Part shown: piece after piece, positions 51,993 to 64,000 of the stretch
Layout: every line of letters starts with the position of its first letter
How positions within the stretch are numbered: the stretch's first letter is position 1
DNA from: Octopus bimaculoides
Lineage: Eukaryota
Direction: 5' to 3'
Assembly: GCF_001194135.2 (NCBI RefSeq)
Contig: NC_068983.1
Location: forward strand, 105,709,844-105,773,843
Length of the DNA stretch: 64,000 nt
Program-made: the position numbers and the translations under genes
Notes under the pieces: generated by a model
What the model saw: the letters and a program-made list of their open reading frames with translations, nothing else
What the model was told of the DNA's origin: nothing
The model's database searches: none

Positions 51993-52660
51993 GGCACTGT
52001 CATGGTATTAGCTATCAGAATTGAAAGAACTGACAAGGAACGTTACTGCTGGTTTGAGTTGATTCTTTGGCTACTGACAGCTAATACCATGACTGGCCGG
52101 AGCTATCTATCTGTCTGTCTGTCTATCTCACTATCTCTATCTATCTATCTATCTATCACTCGTTCACCTCTGTTTGTGTCCGTAGAATTTATCAAATTAG
52201 AAAACGCAAATTTAATATAAAAATATATTTTCTGAAATTGCAAATTATTTAAAATATAAAAATATAATTTTCNNNNNNNNNNNNNNNNNNNNNNNNNNNN
52301 NNNNNNNNNNNNNNNNNNNNNNAGAAAACAAATGAAGTTTGAAGTTTAAAAATAATAGGATCGACCACTCACGACTAGCTAGCGCGGACGCGCGACTGCG
52401 CGTTCGGGACCACTCTGCTTTAGTAGTACCTTTATACTCTGTGTGTTTTCAAACGCATGGATATAGGTGTCAAATTTGTTCCAATAACCTTCGAGTGATA
52501 GATAGATAGATAGAGAGAGAGAGACAGACAGACAGATAGCTCGCTCCGGCCAGTCATGGTATTAGCTGTCAGTAGCCAAAGAATCAACTCAAACCAGCAG
52601 TAACGTTCCTTGTCAGATTTTTCTACTTTCACTTCTGACAGCTAATACCATGACAGCGCC
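51993..52660. mobile_element. Non-autonomous DNA transposon with ~170 bp TIRs and 8 bp TSD
   Basis: Arms 51993-52162 and 52492-52660 are reverse complements. Termini GGCACTGTCATGG / CCATGACAGCGCC. CAATTTTC duplicated at 51985-51992 and 52661-52668. Gap 52273-52322 inside. Confidence 0.85.
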
Positions 52661-53377
52661 CAATTTTCTTATATTCTTGTATCCCTAGTTGTGTGGAAGT
52701 AATCCTCTTTTTCCTCCCTCTATATAACTACAACTTCTTGTAATAGCTGCAATAGTCTTTTAGTGTCATTCATATTCAGTAATATTTATTTTTTCCCTTT
52801 ATATTGAAATCTTGGTGTTTGGTACGCTCCTGTTTCTTAGAAGGAACTTCAGAAACTTCCAATAAATATAGGATAAAATTTAAACCATTTATTTTCAATT
52901 CTTTTGAAATGAAAGTGAAAATGAAAGCGAAGGATCGACAGTCAAACAAATAAGTATAGAAACATTTCGACTCTGCCAAACTTACTGTCCTAGAAATAAT
53001 ATTCAAGAATTATTGAACACGTGTTACGTAAGTGTGCCCCCGCCAAATTTTGCTTCCTCATAACTTCCAGAAAAATGGATATTTTTAATGAAATTTTCTA
53101 CAATTCCGCTTCAGGTCGTGTAGATTCTGATTATATCGGAATTTGTTGTGAAAAAAGTTTTCCGGGAGTGGGAGTGGGGAGAAGAATTTCAGAAAATTCA
53201 TACGAGTTGGCTTTGTTTCCTTATAGCTTTCAAAAAGATGAGTATTTTTTTAGTGAAATCTTCAAGTACCTTTCAGAGGGAGTAAATTACGATTATAGAG
53301 GAATTTGATGTGAAAAGAAAAGTGGTGAGCACACACGTGACAAAATTTTTTTGAAATTTCTAGTTTCAATTTATTTT

Positions 53378-53781
53378 TTGTTTCAGTCATTTGACTGCGA
53401 CCATGCTGGAGCACCGCCTTCAGTCGAACAAATCGATCCCAGGACTTGTTCTTTGTGAGCCTAGTACTTTTCTTATCGGTATCTTTTTGCCGAACCGTTA
53501 AGTTACGGGGACGTAAACACACCAACATCGGTTGTCAAGCGATGATGGAAGCACAAATACAGACACACAAAAGCACACACACACACACACACACATGCAC
53601 ACACATACATTCATATATACGACGGGCTTCTTTCTGTTTCCGTCTACCAAATCCACTCACAAGGCTTTGGTTGGCCCGAGGCTATAGTAGAAGACACTGG
53701 CCCAAGGTGCCACGCAGTGGGACTGAACCTGGAACCATATGGTTGGTAAACAAGCTACTTACCACACAGCCGTGCCTGCAT
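53378..53781 (-). mobile_element. SINE family A copy in CTDP1 intron 1, inside an older inverted-repeat element (~53040-53955)
   Basis: Reverse complement of family A. Flanks cttcctcataact...aatgaaattttctacaa and its reverse complement. Confidence 0.8.
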
Positions 53782-54792
53782 CTATTTCTAGATATATGTG
53801 ATATATTTGTGTGTGAACCCACCATTTTTTTTTCATATTAAATTCCAATATACTCATAGTCTACACACTCTGAAAGGTGTTTGTAGAAAATTTCATTAAA
53901 AAGTACCCATTTAAAAAAAAGTTATGAGGAAACAAAGTCGAGGTGGAGGCACACTTGAATAGGATTTCCCACAAACTTATGGAGAGGATGTATCCTATTT
54001 TTACTATTGCTACCGTTATCTTCATCGTTCTTCAGAACTCTTTTTGACCATGTATTTACGACTCCTGTTTTACTCCCTTCTTCCACTAACATCACTCTTG
54101 TTTCTCATCGCCTGATCCGGCACTCAGCACTTTTCCTTATTCCTTCCTTTTACGACCAACAATCTCTGTCCTCTCTTTATTGATCTTTAGAAGCTTAAAC
54201 TAAGCATTAACTTTATTTAGGAATCTCTTCCATCACAGTAGTTAGTGTTTGAAGGGAGAAGGAGACTTAGAGATAGAGATGATGAGAGTGGGATATGTCA
54301 GAACATACCCTCAGGGTACAGTGGGGGTGGGGAACAAAAAGTTTAGGTTTCATAAACTCATTAAAGGGAAAATAAGTTTTATTGAATGAGCTTCAAATAT
54401 ATTAGAATTGCTGGAATTTTCATTGATTCAGTAAAGTCATCATCATCAAACTTCCATTGTCCATGAGTTGGACGGTTTGACCAGAGCTGGGGAGCTGCAC
54501 CAGACTCCAGTCTGATTTTGCATGGTTTCTATGGCTGGATGACCTTCCTAATCACTTTACAGAGTGTGCTGTGTGTTTTTATGAGGCACTGCATGGGTGC
54601 TTTTACATAGCGCTGAATGGGCGCTTTTATGTGGCGTCGCATGGGCACTTTTACACACTGTCACACTGGTGCGTTTACGTGACACCACCACGAGTGCTTT
54701 TCACCACCAGAGGAACCAGTCTTAACACATCTAGGTTTAGATAATTTATACATAAGTTTTGCTCAGTAGTTTAATGGAATGAGGAATGGTTT

Positions 54793-55004
54793 AACTCTTG
54801 GCATTCACATTACTTTGTCAAATGTAATGCTTATTTAATCATATTCTTTTGAATTAATCATGCACCGTCTCATAACTGTAGTAATGTGAATATTTTCAGA
54901 TTGACATTGTAGAGCATGTATGAGAGGCCATCTCTGGTCAACTTGAACATAAAACGGGTAGAATATTTGAGCTGATATGACTGGTTTAATTGCTAAAGGG
55001 TTAA
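54793..55004. mobile_element. TTAA-flanked MITE (piggyBac-like ends)
   Basis: ttaactcttggcatt...gctaaagggttaa. Related copies at ~13950-14135, ~16345-16560 and ~55520-55710. Confidence 0.65.
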
Positions 55005-56295
55005 GGCAAGTCAGCTTTAACTCTTATGCTGTTAGAGAATAACTATATCTTTCTAATTTTTTTGTGTCTTCTGGATTTATTTTTTATATGGTTGTTACTC
55101 TCATACAGTAGCTTTCAGCTCTTGTGATCATATAAGTAATTCTATAATTTGTGTTTATGATTTTGTTTCATTTATCTCACTATAGTCCTTGAAAGTGATA
55201 AGATCTTCACAATTTACTATTTCTCCTCCCTTGAAAATCTGTCTTTAGACTTACAAATGTTGAAGAGTTAGATTAAATGACCTTGAAGTATTTAGTTTTG
55301 TCCCTTTAACTACTAAGTTCTAATCTCTCTAGTGTTAACTTGTCCTTTCATGGTTGAGAAAATAAGTACCAGTAATATACAGAAAATTGATTCAACTACT
55401 CCATGAAGATTATTAATTAGTTTACTTGGAAACAAGTGGGGTTAGCAGCTGAAATGGAATCCAGTTGTAGAAAATCTCTGATTTTACATACTCTTGTCTG
55501 ACCCATGCAATCAAATATAAGGCTTATTTATTCACATTGTTTCGAATTAACCATGCATTATCTCATTGCTTAGAGATTTCAATGATATGATTGTTTATTT
55601 TTAGAGTTACATTGTAGGGTTGGTGTGAGAGGCTGGACCTGGCCAGTTTCAACAAAAAAGAAACAGAATATTTGGGCCTGGATATGGCTGGTTTGAATGC
55701 TAAAGAGTTAAATGAAGAAGCACTGTGACTCCTTTTATTAATTTCCCAAAATATTTAAATGTTCTTTTAGTTAATTTTTTTCTTCTTTTTGTTAATTACT
55801 ACAGCAAACATTTGTACCGTGACTGACATTCATTAACCTAAATAGCCAATCATATTCATTAACTAAGATAATCAATCACATTAATATTCATTCACCATTG
55901 TTTCATACATACTGAACAATAATTTTGGTTTGCTTTGGAGCACCACTTAATTTTGGGAGCTGCCTCCTCTATGTTAAGATTTATTTATTGTGTTGTGTCT
56001 ACATAAGGTACATCACTTTACTAACCTCCTTTGTTCTACTTGGCATATAGGCTCTGTCTCTAGTTTTAGACAGAACATTCAATTATAAATACTACTCTTC
56101 CAGTCAACTGAGAAACTTGTGGAACACAAGCTACTATAGAAAAATATTTTCTTTTTATTTGAAAAATTAAAATAAATAAAAACAATGTGCATCTTGTTTG
56201 TGATTTATAATGCTTTCCACAGGTAAATTAAATGTAGAAATAGACAGTTGACATCAAAGGGAATATAAAATTATTGATTTGATCTTTTGTTACAG

Positions 56296-56379
56296 CATGG
56301 TGGTTATACATATTGAAGCCTGCACCCATCCTACTGTAATGAAAGACATGTGTGCTGATTGTGGTGCTGATCTTAGGAA
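56296..56379 (+). CDS. CTDP1: CTDP1 exon 2: MVVIHIEACTHPTVMKDMCADCGADLR
   Basis: ttttgttacag|CATGG...AGGAA|gtaaga, 84 nt, phase 2-2. Conserved FCP1 CxH...CxxCG motif. Confidence 0.93.
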
Positions 56380-58314
56380 GTAAGATTCTTTTATTTTGTT
56401 ATTTTCTGTTTTTATTGATTTATATATTTTTAACCCTTAGAATATGACAGGGCCGATCTATAGGCTGAAAAGTCAAATGATGAAGATTATATTAGTCCAG
56501 TCAATTTCCAACAAGAATATATATAGTTTTATATATGTAAAGTAATTACTTTACTTTTTATAATTTTTTTGAAAAATAAGTGTGTGCCCTCTGTAGGGCT
56601 TGTGAAAGGGGCTCCATCTTCTTGGTACTGTATCTTCAAATGAGGCTCCATCTCATGTTGATATATAAATAAAAAACAACTTGTTACAAATGTAATTTAA
56701 AATCCTTTAATGATTGAATTAATTTTTTTCTTGCTGCTATATTTCAATGCCAATGCTACCTGACTGGCACATAAAAAGCACCATTCGAGTGTGGCTAATG
56801 TTAGTGCCACCTGACTGGCACCCGTGCTGGTGGTACGTAAAAAGCACCCGTTACCCTCTTGGAGTGGTTGGTGTTAGGAAGGGCATCCAGCTGTAGAAAC
56901 CTTGCCGAATCAGATTGGAGTCTGATTTGGCAAGGTTTCAGTCAAACCATCCAGTTCTCAGTCGAACTATCCAACCCATGTTCTCAGTCAAACCATCCAA
57001 TGCATGCCAGTTCTCAGTCAAACCATCCAACCCATGCCAGCATGGAAAGTGGAAGTTTAAATTTGAAAAAAACCCTTTTTTTTATAAATGTGTTCCCTTG
57101 TCTTTAAGAAATTCTTTTCTGTTCTGCACTAGTCATGAAGGTTATTTATATAGCCAGCTAATGTATCATATACATCTATACTCATTTATCAGAGGTGTTT
57201 GGTTCCAAAACACTGTATTAAACGATTCAGTAAAAAAGGAATAATGGAATATATGGGGAAAATAGGTTTTGTTCTGAGATCCCAAGTTGTCCTGAGCACT
57301 GGATGGTCAGTGGTGCATGTGTCTATGATCAAACAGAATCTTTGATGCTTCACTGAGCTGTGTTATCACAAATCAATTCATGATAAGTATAACAACGTTC
57401 ATAACTAGTCTACTTTGTTATTCTGGATCAGTGGTGAATGAATTTGATAAATGAGGATGGATATATTACCATAATGGCTTTAATGTGACAGCATTGTCTC
57501 CTTTGGAGTCTGAGGCATTGTACCTATGAAAAAAAAATCATTCACCACACTACCTGTGTAATAAGAGATGGCATTTGGTCTTTCTATATTCATTCCTTCC
57601 ATTATTTCTCAACTTTCATTCTGCCATCATCCTCTAGCAATCACCTCCCTTCCATCATGGCATAAAAGGTCCATTATTGACATCTATCACCTATCGCTGT
57701 CATTTATCCCTTACTTGCTATCTTACCGTGTGATCCTTGTGATTTTTCATTGTCATCTACCATTCTCACTTACCCTCACCCTCTATCTCTGTTGCTATCC
57801 ATCACTCATTGTCTATTTGTGTGTCTCTGTGTTCTTTATTGCTATTCCATCATGCTACTCATGCTGTTTCCTATGTATTCATACTAGCAACAAACATGTA
57901 GCAATCAGCCCCCCCCCCTCTCTCACTCTCATTAACACCTCCTCTACCATCCTATCACTGTTTTCTTCATCACACTCATATTCATACTTTTTCTTTCTTT
58001 CACCCTCTCAGTTACATTTGCTTTGAAAGAACAGAGACATTGTAGAACAGAGTTTTGTTGAGGACAAGGCAGTATCTAGTATTGATGTCACTATAAAATG
58101 CACCCAGTATACTCTGAAAAATGGCTGGTGTTCAAAAGGGATTCCAACCATCTAGAAGGGCAGTAATTTCAAAAAGAACTGATTTAGACTGTGACAGTTT
58201 GTCCAATTCATGCCAGCATGGAAAGTGAAACTAAATTGATGATGATATTATCATGGAAATATTGTACCTGTATTGGAATTTAAGTATCTATTAAATGCAT
58301 GATTCTCTTTGTAG

Positions 58315-58405
58315 TGAAATGGGTGCATCCGGTGACCGAAAAGAAACAGTCAGTGCTACTGTAGCTATGGTTCATAGTATTCCAGAACTTATTGTCAGTG
58401 AGGAG
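58315..58405 (+). CDS. CTDP1: CTDP1 exon 3: (N)EMGASGDRKETVSATVAMVHSIPELIVSEE
   Basis: ctctttgtag|TGAAA...GAGGAG|gtcagt, 91 nt, phase 2-0. ATVAMVHSIPELIVS matches FCP1. Confidence 0.93.
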
Positions 58406-60100
58406 GTCAGTATTTCAAACTATTTTCCTTTTTATATTTTCAATCAATTTTCTTGTTAGAATATAGAATAGGTGGAATATATTATTGGCTTCAAATTTTG
58501 GCACAAGACCAGCAATTTATGGGAAGGGGGTTAAGTCGACTACATCAACTCCAGTTCTCAACTGGTACTTATTTTATTGACCCTGAAAAAATAAAGCGAA
58601 GTTGACCTTGGTAGAATTTGAATGTAGTGACAAATGAAATACAGCTAAGCATTTTACCGGGTGTGCTAACAATTCTACCAGCTTGCTGCCTTGGTTGAAT
58701 GTATTATTAATTCAATAGAATTATTTAAATTTTAGTGTTATTTAATTTTAAAGAGATTGAAGCATAATATTTTCGAATAAAAGTTAAAAAAAGCTTTCAA
58801 CAGAAATTAAATATTCAGAAGAATTACTGAAGTGATTCCATATAGTATTTTGTGTTAACTTATATTATGCTATTATTGCATGTAGCATATGTGTATGAAT
58901 ATTAATGTGTGGTATATGTATTTCATATGCCAGTTTTGTTTTTTCTTGTTGAATTCATTCCATTTTTAAGTTGCTAATATAATTGGGAAAAAGCATTAAT
59001 CTAACAGCACTCTCAATTGAAATCTGAGGCTTACATGAAAATTTTGTTTTTTATTCTCTTAAAAAATTAGTCATGAGAAGAAGGGTAGTTGCAGGCCCTT
59101 TCAAAAAGTTGTGAGATTTATTTGGCTAATGCTCAGGTCAATGTCTGTAGGAAAGACATTGGTAGAAAAGAACTTGTCTGGTCAGAGTATTTGCAACTTA
59201 AAGACATCCAAGGATCAGGGGAAATATGAATTGGTATAACTGGAGTTTAATACTTCTTGACATTGTTTACTCTTTTTACTCTCTTTTACTCTTTTACTTG
59301 TTTCAGTCATTTGACTGTGGCCATGCTGGAGCACCGCCTTTTAGTCGAGCTAATCGACCCTATAATTTCTTCATAATTTTTAACAACATTTTCCAGAGAT
59401 ACATTTTGAAAGATATAATTGACAATTATGTTGATAAAATTTAGAAAAGAAAAAAAACATTTTGTTTTTTTCCTCAGGAAGTAAAAAACTCCATTTGTTT
59501 TTCACCGTTCAGTATCTTGCTAATGGTCATTGCACAACATATAAAAAACATCTATGACATTATCCTGATCAATATTATTCATTGTTTACATGAAACTGGA
59601 AGGCATGGTAAAAAAAATTACTCAGTTTACTTTAGTACAAATAAAAAATGTTATTAGTGAATGCTTTCTGTAGAATTTTATTAAAATATACACATTAAGA
59701 AAGTTATTAGTAAATAGTCAGAATGATGGAGCACTAAATTGTAATTAGACTAATCAGTTGTGTATGTATGTCTATATGATTATGTATGAGTGGTTTTTGT
59801 AAATCATAATAGTTAAAAAGAAATTAATACAAATTTCAAATATTGATTTCTAACATAAGCATAAGGTCTCAAATTTATGGGAGGAGAATAGTCAATTCTA
59901 TCAAACCCTAGTACTTTCTCCTGTTGACCCTTGAATGCTGAAAGGCAAACTTAACCCCGGTGTTAACTAATTATTTATTATTTGAGTACAGTTTTTATTT
60001 CTCTTGCTTTTCTTATTATTATTTCTTAGTATTCATTTGTTTTGAAAACTTTGAGGTTATTCCATGCTTATGATTATGACTTTGTCTCATTTGATTTAAG

Positions 60101-60226
60101 CAAGCCTTGGAACTGGGTCGAGCTGATGAAATTCGTTTGAAAAACACCAGAAAACTTGTTCTTCTTGTTGATTTGGATCAAACTTTGATACATACAACTA
60201 ATGATGACATACCACCAAACTTAAAA
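60101..60226 (+). CDS. CTDP1: CTDP1 exon 4: QALELGRADEIRLKNTRKLVLLVDLDQTLIHTTNDDIPPNLK
   Basis: ttgatttaag|CAAGCC...TTAAAA|gtaaat, 126 nt, phase 0-0. HAD-family DxDx(T/V) catalytic motif DLDQT of the FCPH domain. Confidence 0.96.
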
Positions 60227-60830
60227 GTAAATATGTCTTTTTTTTTCCCTTTTTCACTATTGCTTTTTGTGAACACTAGTGTCTTGTGTCTTTAGTTATA
60301 GGTGCCCAGTGGGCCAATCACTGGTTAATTGCATTTATGACAAAGCAAGAAGGGAGTGTCTATATAACTTGGGTTGAACAAAGGTGTTCTTAAAAAATTT
60401 ATCAGTTCAATTTGATGATGATGATGACGATGATGATTTTGCAATATGCATCAGCAGAAACATGCACATCTGTACACACACAGACACACGAAGACTTGAC
60501 TGTTTGGTTAGGAAGCTTGGTTGCTTAACACATGTTTTTGGTTTCAGTCTCACTGCATGGTACTATGGGCAAGTATCTTCCACTATAGTCCCAGACTGAT
60601 CAAAACCTTGTGTGTGGTTTTGGTTGATGGAAACTGATAGAAGTCCATGCCAGCAAAGAAGACAAACATTATATATATATATATACATTTTTTTTATTAA
60701 TATTTAGCAGAAGTAACAGAATGACTCAAGGTCCGAGAGTTTCAGTCACTCTGTTACTTTTGCTAAATATTAATAAAAATATACATATACTCATATTTTG
60801 AATTCTATTTTTCCTGTTTGCATCAACATA

Positions 60831-60876
<46 letters not shown>

Positions 60877-61025
60877 ACTATGACCAGTAAAGTGGACATT
60901 TAATGTGCTAGAAATAGACCACATGTTGTGTCTACTAAGACCTAATGGTTCTCAAACGAAATTCAGCGAAATACCAAAACGTATGCGGGCAAGACAGTGA
61001 AAATTACATAAATAAAACATTATTA

Positions 61026-61085
61026 TCCACGGACTGGTTTCGAAATCAACACTCTTACCGAATGTCTGCTTCTCTTCAGCGCGAA
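61026..61085 (-). ncRNA. Type I hammerhead ribozyme motif (minimal, Penelope-like form)
   Basis: Minus strand TTCGCG-CTGAAGA-GAAGCAGACATTCGGTAAGAGTGTTGATTTC-GAAA-CCAGTC-CGTGGA. Full core, 6 bp stem I, extended stem II closed by G-C, GUC triplet, very short stem III. Confidence 0.7.
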
Positions 61086-62239
61086 CTGTAATGGAATCAT
61101 AATTCTCAGAATCCTATACAAGTTGCTGGTTTCCTGGTAATAGATCGATATTAATTAATATCTGATTTTTTACCCTATGTTTTAATTATATATATATATG
61201 TGTGTTTGTGTTTGTGTTTTGATATGTGTGGCAAGAGATACAGTTGTCATGTCTCTAATGAATGATGTTCTCTAACTCCCTCTCTCTCTCTTCATGGAAG
61301 TTTTGATGTCTTGCATGAGTTTAGGTTGCATGTTGATAATGCTTGCATACAATGTTCAAAATGTTAAGCAGAAATGAAAGCTTGCATCATCAATATAGAA
61401 GTAGTCGGCAGGGTCAGAACAACTGACAGTTAATGGACAAGAAGAAAAAGTGTAGCATATCACAGAACTAATAGAATGGAAGGTGAAGGGAGTGCTGTGA
61501 GCATATGCTTCAGTGCTACTGTCTGCTAAGAAACCTCTGATTTGAGAAAATGAGAGACAAATAGAGACTGAAAAATATGTGATGTAGATGCATTTTCTAC
61601 TTGCTACTTGTATGCTTAGTCCTGCTCAGATGGTACAAATTTGTTGTAGACAAAATTTTCTAGTCCAACCTTAAGAATTATTAGGTCTCTTTTGATAGAC
61701 CATATATAAGCTGAAAAACAGTGTAATGCTTATGATTAACATGTAATAGGTATTCAGTGAATTCAGCATTCTTCTATTTCAATAGGTCTAAATATACATT
61801 TGTGTATGTGTGTGTATTTGCCTAGAAAATGCTGTGTATGTGTGTTGTTACCTGTGTATGTGTGTACATATGTGTTTGTATACATATATATGTGTATGTG
61901 TGTTGTGACAATTCTACTATATACATATCACCTATTTGAAGACTAAATGAAAAGTGTGAAGTTGGTCCCATTTGAGGGGAAATGACTGAATCTTTTTAAT
62001 TGGTTGATGATAAAAACAAAATTTCACTTGTCCAGTAAAATAGGTTGCAACCTAATTACAATGTAGCTGAGTTTGTGCAGTATGTGTTCATGCAAGTTCT
62101 GAAACATTCACTTTATAATATGTGGGCCACCAGATGTCCACAAATATTAAAGTTCCTCTTAAAAGGAGATCATCACTACAATACCAAAGACAAACATCTC
62201 AACTAAGGCTTTGTCCCATTGTAACACTGTTACTTTTGC

Positions 62240-62455
62240 TAAATTTCCTATAGATCTGGATCAACCATATTAGTGGTCAATGAATAGGGAGAAAAAGATA
62301 ATGTGAAGGAGTTTGTTACCGATATCTGTTTCCAACCCTTGAGATGTTAGAAGTGAGAGCAATAGACTGATAGTTAGCAGAGTTGGAGAGGTTGCATGGT
62401 TTGGGAATGGAACGCACAGCATGTTTCTAAAGACTGAAATAGATGTCTTCAGAGA
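62240..62455 (-). mobile_element. CR1-type LINE RT N-terminal relic
   Basis: Minus strand PFPNHATS...SANYQSIALTSNISRV...NKLL...DH.YG..RS.GNL, resembling PIPK...NYRPIALTS...QYGFR. Confidence 0.6.
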
Positions 62456-62554
62456 GATCAATTAGTTTGGCAAGGAAGAACAAAGCTATTCAGTATTTTC
62501 CTTATTTACATACTATTTCCTATATTAATTTTTTTTCTTATTTTCTTTTTCAAG

Positions 62555-62802
62555 GGTGTTCACCATTTTCAGCTCAGACATGGCATGAACTTACTCTGGT
62601 ACCATACTCGACTTCGGCCACACACTTTACAGTTCTTAGAAAACATTTCCAAACTGTATGAGCTGCACATATGTACATTTGGTGTACGTATGTATGCACA
62701 TACTATTACTCGGTTTATAGATCCTGCTGGCAAATTTTTCTCACATCGAATCCTCTCAAGAGATGAATGCTTCAATGCAATGTCCAAGACTGCAAACTTA
62801 AA
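62555..62802 (+). CDS. CTDP1: CTDP1 exon 5: GVHHFQL...WYHTRLRPHTLQFLENISKLYELHICTFGVRMYAHTITRFIDPAGKFFSHRILSRDECFNAMSKTANL; gene continues beyond window
   Basis: ttctttttcaag|GGTGTT...TTAAA|gttagt, 248 nt, phase 0-2. RLRP, YELHI and FSHRILSRDEC are FCP1 hallmarks. Confidence 0.96.
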
Positions 62803-63547
62803 GTTAGTATTTTTATTTCTAAAAATTACTTTATCTATTACTACCATTGGTTACATGTATTACAGATTGATTGTATTACAGAATCTTCCTTCTAGGTTTG
62901 GTTCTAAGCCCCTAACAAACTTGTTCTTGATATCTAGTTGTTATTTCACTTTCTTTGTGCTGTTAATACCTTGAAAAATGTATGAGCTTCATAAGTTCAT
63001 GGTTTGAAATAACATGGCCTATAAAATTGATTGATTCTGTTATGCTGATTGGCCAATGATATATATATATATAATCTTTGGTGGTGACCAAGTATATTGT
63101 GAGAGTTTCATCATCATCATTTAATGTTCGTTGTCCATGCTGGCATGGGTTGGATGGTTTGACCAGAGCTGTCAAGCTGGGGAGCTGCACCAGACTCCAG
63201 TCTGATTTGGTATGGTTTCTATGGCTGGATGCCCTTCCTAACACTAATCACTTTACAGAGTGTGCTGGGTGCTTTTATGTAGTGCTACACAGGTGCTTTT
63301 ACGTGACACTGCATGGACACTTTTATGTGGCACCACTATGTGTGCTTTTCATTACCAGAGGAACTGGTCTTAACACTTCTGCTGTGGAGTACGAGTCTTG
63401 TTGTGTTTATAGCTTGCTTACCAACCACATGGTTCTAGGTTCAGTCCCACTGCATGGCACCTTGGGCAAGTGTCTTCTACTATAGCCTCGGGCCGACCAA
63501 AGCCTTGTGAGTGGATTTGGTAGATGGAAATTGAAAGAAGCTCGTCG

Positions 63548-63578
<31 letters not shown>

Positions 63579-64000
63579 TAGAAAGTTAGGGGTTGTATGT
63601 ATATGTTTGTGTGTCTGTGTTTGCCCCTCCAACATCGCTTGACAACCAATGCTGGTGTGTTTACGCCCCCATCACTTAGCGGTTCGGCAAGAGAGACCGA
63701 TAGAATAAGTACTTGGCTTACAAAGTGTAAGTCCTGGGGTCGATTTGCTCAACAAATAAAAGAATATATACATATATATATATATATATCATCATCATCA
63801 TCATCATCATCGTTTAACGTCCGCTTTCCATGCTAGCATGGGTTGGACGATTTGACTGAGGACTGGTGAAACCGGATGGCAACACCAGGCTCCAGTCTGA
63901 TTTGGCAGAGTTTCTACAGCTGGATGCCCTTCCTAACGCCAACCACTCAGAGTGTAGTGGGTGCTTTTACGTGTCACCCGCACGAAAACGGCCACGCTCG

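Noticed and set aside
52002-52632. Two ORFs on opposite strands encoding near-identical peptides (KERYCWFELILWLLTANTMTGRS)
   Set aside because: A by-product of the inverted arms of the DNA element, not genes.

Overview
AT-rich, repeat-dense animal genomic DNA with six N-gaps. The SINE and MITE families match those I recall from Octopus genomes, so this is probably an octopod cephalopod. Two intron-rich genes sit head-to-head. (1) On the minus strand, a centromere protein L (CENP-L, CCAN kinetochore subunit) gene, largely missed by the ORF track. I assembled it by hand from 11 small GT-AG exons (38057 down to 15667, 939 nt, 312 aa + stop, all phases consistent), with three candidate upstream first exons. 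(2) On the plus strand, the first five exons of the RNA Pol II CTD phosphatase CTDP1/FCP1 (ATG 49841, DLDQT catalytic motif); the gene runs off the window. Between them lies a decayed, near-full-length CsRn1/Kabuki-type Ty3/Gypsy element whose two LTRs show unequal CpG decay. The rest is SINEs, RTE and CR1 LINE relics, Tc1/mariner, hAT, Helitron and MITE remnants. The first ~9.7 kb is almost repeat-free and T-skewed, like a long 3' UTR or last intron of an off-window gene. The most unusual items are a well-formed type I hammerhead ribozyme motif antisense in CTDP1 intron 4 and a TSD-flanked element with nested palindromic arms in CTDP1 intron 1. I found no clearly new multi-gene system. All alignments and counts were done by eye.
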